Source: SAR86 cluster bacterium
GTDB taxonomy: Bacteria; Pseudomonadota; Gammaproteobacteria; Magnimaribacterales; TMED112
Direction of reading: 5' to 3'
DNA: 64,000 nucleotides
NCBI GenBank assembly: GCA_023703555.1
Contig: CP097968.1
Coordinates: forward strand, 205,451 to 269,450
The translations under genes and the position numbers were made by a program. Of the stretch, positions 21,871-29,280 are shown piece after piece (position 1 is the stretch's first letter; the number at the start of each line of letters is the position of its first letter). The notes beneath the pieces were generated by a model that did not search any database, was not told where the DNA came from, and worked only from the letters and a program-made list of their open reading frames with translations.

Positions 21871-23151
21871 ATGATTAATGATATGCAAAAAATTGAAATT
21901 ACAAAAGAGTCAATATTTGGAGCACAAAATTACGCACCATTATCTGTTGTTTTAGAGAAAGGCAAAGGAGAGTTCCTATGGGATGTAGAAGGTGTTAAAT
22001 ATTTAGATATGATGTCAGCATATTCTGCTGTAAGTCATGGTCACTCTCATCCAGAATTAATAAGGATAATAAAAGAACAAGTTGAGAAACTTTCTGTAGT
22101 CTCGCGGGCATATTATACGAAGAACCTTGGTGACTTCTTAGAAACCCTCACAAAAATTACAAAAATGGATAGGGCATTAGTAATGAACACTGGTGCGGAA
22201 GCTGTTGAAACTGCAATTAAAGCAGCAAGAAGATGGGGCTATTTTAATAAAGCTATACCAGAAAATAAGGCAGAGATAATAGTTGCAGATGGAAACTTTC
22301 ATGGGCGGACCACAACCATTGTTGGATTTTCTTCAGATCCTGATTATAAAAAAGGATTTGGACCATTCACACCAGGTTTTAAAATGGCAAATTATTGCAC
22401 CAATCACTGCTCTTGTAGTTCAAAATGCGAGGACTCAATTGAGTCTTTTAAAAAATTAATAAATAAAAATACTTGTGCAATCTTGGTGGAGCCAATTCAA
22501 GGAGAGGGTGGAATAAATGTTCCAAGAAAGGGTTGGTTGAAACAGCTTTCTAAGCTTTGCAAAGAAAACAATATACTTCTACTTGTAGATGAGATTCAGT
22601 CAGGGCTTGGCAGAACAGGTAAACTTTTTGCCTTCAATCATGAGAACATTAAACCAGATGGCGTAATAATTGGTAAGGCTCTTGGTGGTGGTATGTTGCC
22701 CATATCTGCGTTTCTCTCATCACAAGACGTTATGGATAATTTTAATCCTGGCTCTCATGGATCAACTTTTGGTGGGAACCCTTTGGCTGCTGCTGTTGGT
22801 AAGCGATCTTTGGAGCTGCTTTATGAAGATAATTTAATCGAGAATAGTAAAGCACTTGGTGCTTATCTAAAAAAAGAATTGATAAATATGGATCTTGATA
22901 TTATCAAAGAAGTAAGAGGTGAAGGTTTATGGCTTGGCGTTGAGATTTTATCTGATAGGACAAGTGCAAAAAACCTTTGTAAAGAGTTAATGTTAAAACA
23001 AGTACTTACAAAAGAGACTCATGAAACTGTTATAAGATTTGCTCCACCATTAATGATAAGTAAAGAGAACATTGATTTAGGGCTTGAAAAGATCAATGAG
23101 GTATTTACAACTTATAGAGCGAAGAAAATAAGTGCAAAAAAAGCTTCATAA
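21871..23151 (+). CDS. rocD: Ornithine--oxo-acid aminotransferase (class III PLP aminotransferase)
   Basis: Reads colinearly with OATs. Matching blocks are GAQNYAPL..VLEKGKGEFLWDVEG, SAYSAVSHGH, VEPIQGEGG, DEIQSGLGRTG, the PLP lysine in IGKALGGG, HGSTFGGNPLA and IRFAPPL. Confidence 0.88.
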   Translation: MINDMQKIEITKESIFGAQNYAPLSVVLEKGKGEFLWDVEGVKYLDMMSAYSAVSHGHSHPELIRIIKEQVEKLSVVSRAYYTKNLGDFLETLTKITKMDRALVMNTGAEAVETAIKAARRWGYFNKAIPENKAEIIVADGNFHGRTTTIVGFSSDPDYKKGFGPFTPGFKMANYCTNHCSCSSKCEDSIESFKKLINKNTCAILVEPIQGEGGINVPRKGWLKQLSKLCKENNILLLVDEIQSGLGRTGKLFAFNHENIKPDGVIIGKALGGGMLPISAFLSSQDVMDNFNPGSHGSTFGGNPLAAAVGKRSLELLYEDNLIENSKALGAYLKKELINMDLDIIKEVRGEGLWLGVEILSDRTSAKNLCKELMLKQVLTKETHETVIRFAPPLMISKENIDLGLEKINEVFTTYRAKKISAKKAS

Positions 23152-25717
23152 TATTCTATTAATAATTACCTCAGTCCTTATAACTTCTTGTGGTGGTGGT
23201 AATAGCACTCAATCTGACGACCCAAATACCCCAGTACCCACACCTCAACCAGCTGAAGAAAGATACAACATCAGAGGACAAGTTACCTTAAATCAGGATA
23301 TTGTAATTGATTCAGATTTACCAAATAAGGCATTCTCTTACCTTGATAACAATACGATATCAAATGCCCAACCAGTATTTTTTCCAGGCAGGATAATTGG
23401 TTACTCTGGAAGATACATTACAAATGATGGTGAGGTTATTGATGATCACATTGATGTATTTGTTATTAACTTAGAATCTACTGGGTTAAATCTTACTTTA
23501 TTTCAACAAGATGCCTCAGCAGATATAGATTTATTCATATACAAATCTTCAAATCTTGAAGACCCTATAACAAGTGGAACTAACCTTGCCCAATTTGAGC
23601 AGATCACATTTACAGGTGATGGAATTTATTATTTAGTGATTCAAGCAGACCCGTCTACAAGTGGCTCGAAGTACTCTTTGGCGCTTACAGAGTCTCAAGA
23701 GGCAAATTATACTAGCTCATATCCAGAGAATAATGGGGAATTTATTTTTAAAAAGAAGGACGGCGTCCTGCCTAATTTAGTTTCTAATTCTGAGCGAACA
23801 TTAACAAAACTTTTTGATATTGATGCCTTTACTGGAAGGGTGCAAAAATCCACTCTTAGGTTAAAAGAATTTAAAGAAAGTTATGGTGTTGATTTCTTAA
23901 AGGATGATATATCAAACGAGTTTAAAATTTCTTCCAAAACAAAAAAAGAAATACAACAGCATAAAATCTTACAAAAACTTAAGGAGGAATTGTCTGATTT
24001 TTCTATCGAACTAAATCATATCTACAGAAAGGATGCCACACAATTTACACCAGACCCATTTTATAACGAATATCAGTGGAACCTAAGGCAAATCAAAACT
24101 AAAGAAGCTTTAGATCTTATTGGACAAGAAACAAAAGATATTGTTGTCGCAGTATTAGACTCTGGAGCACCCTCACAAGATTCATTGGCATGGCAAAATT
24201 CAAGCTTTGTGGAAGGTGGGTATGACTTTGTTGCAGACGAAGATGCTTCCTTTGATGGAGATGGCATTGATGATGATCCAACAGATCCAGATTTTCAACC
24301 TATTCAAGATAATGGGGATGTAATAGGCAGTCATGGTGCACACGTTGCAACTACAATTTCAGCAAAAAATGATGGAAATGAAATAAACGGACTAGCAGTT
24401 AAAACTCTTCCACTAAGAGTATGTGGCTCAGATAGAAGTGAATCAGGTGGAGGCTGCTCTAGCTATGATCAGTTGCAAGCCTTTTATTATATTCAGGGCA
24501 AGGAAAATGATTCAGGTGAACTATATGACTCTACCCAATACGGCAGAGTAGAAGTCATTAATATGAGTCTTGGTGGCGGTGGGAATAATGCGATAATTTG
24601 CGAGGAAATTGAAAATTTGAAGAACAGTGGAATTTTTGTTGTTGCCTCAGCAGGCAATGAGGGAAACTCCGCAATTAGATTTCCAGCGTCATGTGAGTAC
24701 TCAATATCAGTATCATCTACAAAATTTGATGAAAGAAAATCTTCTTTCTCCTCTTACAACAACTTCGTTAATTTAGCGGCCCCTGGAGGCCAACTATCGG
24801 AGGATCTAGATAACAATGGTAGAGGTGACGGTATTATGGCCTACACGTTTAGAAATTCTAGCCAAGGAGGAAATGATTATAAAGGATTGCAGCAGTATCA
24901 AGGAACATCTATGGCTGCTCCTCATGTGTCTGGCTATTTAGCCCTTATTAAAACTATTGATCCAGATATTACTTTTGAAGAACTAGATCTCCTTATTAAA
25001 TCGAAGAATCTTACAAAAGATGTTGGTTATCCTGGAAAAGATGAATTTTACGGCTATGGTTTAATTGATATGGCAGTAGGCATAGAAAATTTGATTAATG
25101 GCATTCCTCCTGAACAACTGACATTTTCAGAAATTACCCCCGAAAAACTTTTTCTTGGCTATGCGTTGAACGAAAAAGTCTTTTCACTATCAGGAAATGC
25201 TGAAGTTGAATCCTGGAATTTAGAGGATCCAACAAATTCACTTAGTCTTGAGCAAACATCATCCGTTGACATTAATGGTTATGGTGAATGGAAAGTAAAA
25301 CTTGATCGAACTAATCTTGCTGACGGCAATTACATGGGCTTGGCTATAATTGCATTTAAGAATGACCGTCCCTCCGTTTCTCTGCCAATATTTTTTGCGA
25401 GTGGTGAAGAAAGAGTTAAAGCAACAGTTGATCAGCTATGGATCTGTGCTCGAAACGACGAGAACGACATAATCCCATGTGATGTCATGCAGATGGTCGA
25501 GGGTATAGCAAATTTTAGGATTAGAGAGGTTCCAAATGATACTTATATAAGTGTTTTTGCATGCACTACTCTGACCAATACACTGCAATTAAATGCACTT
25601 GGTCTTTGTGGTGAAGCTGACTTACGAGGAAGTTATTCCGGTAATAATTTCACAGTCAATGGTTCTGATGTAAATGACATTGATTTGACAATTTCTGTTA
25701 ATATTCCACAACAATGA
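23132..25717 (+). CDS. Subtilisin-family (S8) serine protease lipoprotein with an N-terminal PPC-like domain
   Basis: GTG start and lipobox LITSCGGG. A PPC-like segment (DIDLFIYKS..YYLVIQAD) precedes the catalytic triad blocks VAVLDSGAP, GSHGAHVATT and GTSMAAPHVSGY. A beta-rich tail of about 220 aa follows. Confidence 0.85.
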   Translation: MQKKLHNILLIITSVLITSCGGGNSTQSDDPNTPVPTPQPAEERYNIRGQVTLNQDIVIDSDLPNKAFSYLDNNTISNAQPVFFPGRIIGYSGRYITNDGEVIDDHIDVFVINLESTGLNLTLFQQDASADIDLFIYKSSNLEDPITSGTNLAQFEQITFTGDGIYYLVIQADPSTSGSKYSLALTESQEANYTSSYPENNGEFIFKKKDGVLPNLVSNSERTLTKLFDIDAFTGRVQKSTLRLKEFKESYGVDFLKDDISNEFKISSKTKKEIQQHKILQKLKEELSDFSIELNHIYRKDATQFTPDPFYNEYQWNLRQIKTKEALDLIGQETKDIVVAVLDSGAPSQDSLAWQNSSFVEGGYDFVADEDASFDGDGIDDDPTDPDFQPIQDNGDVIGSHGAHVATTISAKNDGNEINGLAVKTLPLRVCGSDRSESGGGCSSYDQLQAFYYIQGKENDSGELYDSTQYGRVEVINMSLGGGGNNAIICEEIENLKNSGIFVVASAGNEGNSAIRFPASCEYSISVSSTKFDERKSSFSSYNNFVNLAAPGGQLSEDLDNNGRGDGIMAYTFRNSSQGGNDYKGLQQYQGTSMAAPHVSGYLALIKTIDPDITFEELDLLIKSKNLTKDVGYPGKDEFYGYGLIDMAVGIENLINGIPPEQLTFSEITPEKLFLGYALNEKVFSLSGNAEVESWNLEDPTNSLSLEQTSSVDINGYGEWKVKLDRTNLADGNYMGLAIIAFKNDRPSVSLPIFFASGEERVKATVDQLWICARNDENDIIPCDVMQMVEGIANFRIREVPNDTYISVFACTTLTNTLQLNALGLCGEADLRGSYSGNNFTVNGSDVNDIDLTISVNIPQQ

Positions 25718-26094
25718 TAAAAAGAATTGTGAAGTATGGTGGCACCAATGGTGTGGCTTTTGTTTTTGATACATCCCTTTTGTACATTCTAGATTTAACA
25801 ACTGGTATTAACAGAGTCTACTTGGCTTTCTTTTGCTATATTTGTGGAAGTCTTGTGAGCTTTGTCCTTGCTAAAAGATTTGTCTTTCCTAAGGGTTGGC
25901 TTCAAGAAAAACCTGCAATCGAGTTCTCTGCTTACATCTTTGGAGGGATTATAGGAGCAGTTATGACAGCAATAATTTTCGCAGTATTGATTGAAGCTGG
26001 TATTAACAACATCCTTACACAAAAAATCATTGCTGGGTTTTTCAGTTTTTTTACTGTTTTTCTTTATAGAAATTTCTTTGTATTTAAAAAATGA
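25714..26094 (+). CDS. GtrA-family small membrane protein
   Basis: 126 aa with 4 TM segments and a GtrA-like layout (YGGTNGVAFVFD.., C-terminal YRNFFVFKK). ATGA overlap with the protease gene. Confidence 0.75.
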   Translation: MIKRIVKYGGTNGVAFVFDTSLLYILDLTTGINRVYLAFFCYICGSLVSFVLAKRFVFPKGWLQEKPAIEFSAYIFGGIIGAVMTAIIFAVLIEAGINNILTQKIIAGFFSFFTVFLYRNFFVFKK

Positions 26095-27389
26095 AAAATA
26101 TAGTTGATTTACTCTTAGATAACTTTGGTCAAGATAGAGTTAAAACGACACCAGATTTCTTAGAAAAATATGGTAGGGATTGGTATGAAGGCTTTGACCC
26201 AAATCCCTCAGCAATATTTTTTCCTACGAATGAATTAGATATTGCTGAGATAATGCATTTGGCAGCATCTGATAACTTTAAACTTGTGGCATCTGGTGGC
26301 AGAACTGGACTTAATGGTGGGGCAACGGCAACTGAGAAAGAGGTAATAATAAGTTCTGAAAAATTAAATAAAATTAAGTGGTTGCCAGAAACAAGCCAAA
26401 TTTTATGTCAGGCGGGAGTTACAACTGATGTTGCAAAGAAACTTGCTGAAGAACATGGCCGTCACTTGCCTATTGAGTTTTCTTCAACCTCAGCATCAAC
26501 AATAGGAGGAAACGTTGCTACAAATGCTGCTGGGGCAAAATTTATAAAATATGGTGCAACTAAACAACATGTAAAAGGTTTAAAAGTTGTGCTGCCTAAC
26601 TCAGAGATAATTGAATTAACCAAAAATGTTGAAAAAGATGCATCAGGCCCAAATCTTATGGAATTATTTTTTGGATCTGAAGGCACCATGGGCTTCATAA
26701 CAGAAATACTTTTAGATACTTACCCATTGCCAAAATTTAAAGAGTCAGTTTTATTTTCTACCAATAATTTGGATGTCTTCGATGAAGCCTTTATTAAGAA
26801 CAGTGAGATTATTTCCGCATTAGAGCTTCTTGATAATAAATGTATGAATTTATTGGCTAAAGATTCAAAGCATAACTTTAATGTATTGCTAGAATTAGTT
26901 GCTGATAATGAAAATGATATTGCTTCTCTCCTAGCAAAAGCAGCAGAACTTCAGGTTGATGTAAATTTATTAAATACTCGGCAGGCACAAGAATTTTGGC
27001 ATGATCGTGAAAAAGTACCAGTTTTATTATCAGAAAAGAAGGCTTATAAGTTAGATATTTGTGTTCCTGTTTCCAGTCTCGTAAGTTTTATGAATGAACT
27101 GCAAGAAATTGAAACCAATAAAGATATTTTTTGTTTTGGGCATTTAGGTGATGGCAATATCCATGTAAACCTCGTAGATTCAAGCAACAAAATGCCAGTT
27201 ATTGATGAAATTTATGAACTGACAAAAAAATTCAATGGGTCTCCCAGTGCAGAGCATGGTATTGGAATAAGAAAAAAACATGTTTGGCATGATTTTTCTG
27301 GTTATAAAGATAAGTATAAACTGCTTAAAAGTCTGAAAAAATCAATGGATCCAGATAATATATTAGGCTCAAAAGTTTTCTTTGATTAA
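26091..27389 (+). CDS. FAD-linked oxidase (GlcD / D-2-hydroxyacid dehydrogenase family)
   Basis: PCMH-type FAD-binding N-domain (ASGGRTGLNGGA, GSEGTMGFITE). C-terminal family motif SAEHGIGIRKK...DPDNILG. ATGA overlap with gtrA. Confidence 0.8.
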   Translation: MKNIVDLLLDNFGQDRVKTTPDFLEKYGRDWYEGFDPNPSAIFFPTNELDIAEIMHLAASDNFKLVASGGRTGLNGGATATEKEVIISSEKLNKIKWLPETSQILCQAGVTTDVAKKLAEEHGRHLPIEFSSTSASTIGGNVATNAAGAKFIKYGATKQHVKGLKVVLPNSEIIELTKNVEKDASGPNLMELFFGSEGTMGFITEILLDTYPLPKFKESVLFSTNNLDVFDEAFIKNSEIISALELLDNKCMNLLAKDSKHNFNVLLELVADNENDIASLLAKAAELQVDVNLLNTRQAQEFWHDREKVPVLLSEKKAYKLDICVPVSSLVSFMNELQEIETNKDIFCFGHLGDGNIHVNLVDSSNKMPVIDEIYELTKKFNGSPSAEHGIGIRKKHVWHDFSGYKDKYKLLKSLKKSMDPDNILGSKVFFD

Positions 27390-27506
27390 CTTCTCAGCTT
27401 TATATCTGCATGTAATGTGATATTTGAGCGATCAAGATGAATATAAGCAATATTTATATCTCCCCATTGACCTATTTTTCAGTGATTTTTCTTTACTTAA
27501 ATTAAT

Positions 27507-27534
27507 TTGTCAAAAGTACTGATTTGGTTAATAT
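27507..27534 (+). promoter_or_regulatory. Candidate sigma70-type promoter of the small-membrane-protein cassette
   Basis: TTGTCA (27507-27512), a 16-nt spacer, then TAATAT (27529-27534). A GGGGGA Shine-Dalgarno at 27553-27558 and ATG 27562 follow. Confidence 0.5.
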
Positions 27535-27561
27535 ATGACTGAACTATGTCATGGGGGAATT

Positions 27562-27789
27562 ATGGATAGTGTAATGAAAACAGTTAAAGACTTTATTACA
27601 GGTCTTACTGGTGTTCTAGCAAGTGTCATCGGTCTTGGTATCGTTGCCGCAATCGTATTTGGTGGAGATGTATATTTCTTTGGAAATGTTATTGAAACTA
27701 TTATGGGTTACGTTGTTATGTTAGGCGAAAACGGATTAGCTGGTCTAATTGTTTTGCTTATCGTACTGGGTGTTTTAAACATCAAGTAA
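27562..27789 (+). CDS. Small hydrophobic protein (75 aa, about 2 TM), paralogue 1, unknown family
   Basis: ATG 27562 has an SD. The listed ATG 27535 abuts the predicted -10 box. Two hydrophobic helices are separated by GGDVYFFGNVIETIMG. It aligns without gaps to the next ORF. Confidence 0.6.
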   Translation: MDSVMKTVKDFITGLTGVLASVIGLGIVAAIVFGGDVYFFGNVIETIMGYVVMLGENGLAGLIVLLIVLGVLNIK

Positions 27790-27796
27790 ACTATCT

Positions 27797-27824
27797 GCAT
27801 GGGGGGTAACCCCCATGCTTTTTT
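27797..27824 (+). terminator. Rho-independent terminator between the two small paralogues
   Basis: Perfect 9-bp stem GCATGGGGG / CCCCCATGC with a GTAA (GNRA) loop, followed by TTTTTT (27819-27824). Confidence 0.85.
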
Positions 27825-28061
27825 ATGAAATTTTTCGATTTTAAATTCGATAAAATCAAGGACTTTTTAAATAGGTCCACAGAAATCCTTCTTCTTGTTG
27901 TGGCAGTATCGCTATTATTAGGAATTCTTTTTGGACCAGAAACAGCCTTTGTTGGAAGCGTATATCAAAACTTTGCTGCAATTCTTAATACTCTAGGTGA
28001 AGAGGGCATTATTGCTTTGGCTTCACTAATTATAATTTTTGCTTTTTTAAGAAGAAAATAA
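27825..28061 (+). CDS. Small hydrophobic protein (78 aa, about 2 TM), paralogue 2, unknown family
   Basis: It shares KDF, (I/L)FG, FxGxV, LGExG and a basic C-terminus with paralogue 1. The ATG directly abuts the terminator T-tract. An in-frame stop lies at 27807. Confidence 0.5.
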   Translation: MKFFDFKFDKIKDFLNRSTEILLLVVAVSLLLGILFGPETAFVGSVYQNFAAILNTLGEEGIIALASLIIIFAFLRRK

Positions 28062-28073
28062 TCAATTTTTTAT

Positions 28074-28150
28074 TGGTGGCTATGCTTGGACTTGAACCAA
28101 GGACCTCAGCATTATGAATGCTGCGCTCTAACCAGCTGAGCTACATAGCC
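28074..28150 (-). tRNA. tRNA-Met (CAT), elongator type
   Basis: The reverse complement reads GGCTATG-TA-GCTC-AGCTGGTTA-GAGC-G-CAGCA-TTCATAA-TGCTG-AGGTC-CTTGG-TTCAAGT-CCAAG-CATAGCC-ACCA. The acceptor stem resembles E. coli elongator tRNA-Met. A tRNA-Ile2 (lysidine) identity is not strictly excluded. Confidence 0.85.
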
Positions 28151-28176
28151 AAGCTTCATATGATAATTATATTCTG

Positions 28177-29280
28177 CTATGCGTCAATCTTTTCATTATT
28201 ATGCGTAAAGTTGAGCATGATGACATACAAAGTTGGCACCAAAATTGCCAAATAAACTCTAGAATCAACTTTAGGGAAAATAAAATATTTTATTAATATT
28301 GCCATTGTAAGAGTTAAAGCAACAGCGTTCACCCAGAAGTAATTTTTTCTTTTAATTTGTGTTATTGAAATAAGCATTATTAAAAATGTTGCAGCAAACC
28401 AAGTAATGTAGTTGGAATCTGTCAATATCCAAAGCGTATTGCCCCATAAAATTTCAAAGTATTTATTGATATCAAATACAGGATTAAAAGTATCAAGGTT
28501 GCTTTGGGTGTTTACCAAACTAGTATAGAAATGACTCCACCACCCATTATGAGAAATACTAGTAGAAATCACAAAATACATGCTCAAAAATAAAACTGAG
28601 TTAAGTGCAGCCATGCGGAAATCTTTGTTTAGGGCTGGCAATAGTCCTGCAAGCCCAGTTGCAACAATCATGTCTGGGCGCAATGTTAAGGATACTGCCA
28701 TTAATAGATATGAGATATACAACCTTCTATTTACTAAAAAAATAATTGAGGCTAAGAAGATTAATGCCGTAATGGCATCAGGAGTCATTAATTTAGCTAA
28801 AAATAAAATCTGTGATAAAAATGCTAGCGGTAACCAAATAAATTGCATTGCTCCTGATTGCCAAAAAAAGACTACGAAAAATAATATTAAGATCCCCAAA
28901 GAAGAGAAAATTGAAATATATTTCATAGCTTGATACTCATTTAGGCCCGAAATATTTTTTACGCTCCTAATAAGAAAAATATAGCCAGGTTTAAGTGCGT
29001 ACATTGGCATCATAGAATTTAGGTTTTGAGGATTATCGTATTGATTTTGTCGATAATCTCCTGCACAACATAAAGTTCGAAATAATCCAGGCCCAACTTC
29101 TGCTTTGAGGGTTGAGTAAGTATAGCTATGGGCCTCACTAACAGTTTTTCCCTCATCTAACTGCACTGCCATGGTATAAGCAATACCATCCCAATTATAA
29201 AAATTTTCTGTTGAGGATTTTTGAAACAAAAAACCCAATGCTATAAGTAAAAATAAGACATTTAGAATTCGTAAAATCAT
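28177..29280 (-). CDS. Polytopic inner-membrane protein, possibly a GT-C-type (polyprenyl-phosphate-sugar-dependent) glycosyltransferase
   Basis: 367 aa with about 9-10 TM segments. The first periplasmic loop carries acidic residues (NWDGIAY..QLDEGK). It overlaps by 4 nt, and lies downstream of, the GT2-GtrA gene, as in gtrB/gtr(type) pairs. No motif-level proof of activity. Confidence 0.4.
   Translation of the reverse strand: MILRILNVLFLLIALGFLFQKSSTENFYNWDGIAYTMAVQLDEGKTVSEAHSYTYSTLKAEVGPGLFRTLCCAGDYRQNQYDNPQNLNSMMPMYALKPGYIFLIRSVKNISGLNEYQAMKYISIFSSLGILILFFVVFFWQSGAMQFIWLPLAFLSQILFLAKLMTPDAITALIFLASIIFLVNRRLYISYLLMAVSLTLRPDMIVATGLAGLLPALNKDFRMAALNSVLFLSMYFVISTSISHNGWWSHFYTSLVNTQSNLDTFNPVFDINKYFEILWGNTLWILTDSNYITWFAATFLIMLISITQIKRKNYFWVNAVALTLTMAILIKYFIFPKVDSRVYLAILVPTLYVIMLNFTHNNEKIDA

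Noticed and set aside
25714-27389. GtrA plus FAD oxidase as a DprE1-like lipid-linked sugar epimerisation module.
   Set aside because: The oxidase C-terminus (SAEHGIGIRKK...DPDNILG) is the GlcD / D-2-hydroxyacid dehydrogenase type, not DprE1-like. No DprE2-type reductase is present.
27437-27505. 22-codon micro-ORF (MNISNIYISPLTYFSVIFLYLN) in the long spacer upstream of the small-gene cassette.
   Set aside because: It has no SD and lies upstream of the predicted promoter, so it cannot act as a leader peptide. It is too short to evaluate.
27562-28061. Small paralogues read as VirB2/TrbC-type pilins, class II holins or two-peptide bacteriocins.
   Set aside because: There is a superficial resemblance: two TM helices, Gly-rich faces and a basic C-terminus. 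However, no T4SS, lysis or bacteriocin export and immunity genes are nearby. There is no long signal or leader peptide, and the inter-helix segment is longer than in VirB2. They are kept as unknowns.
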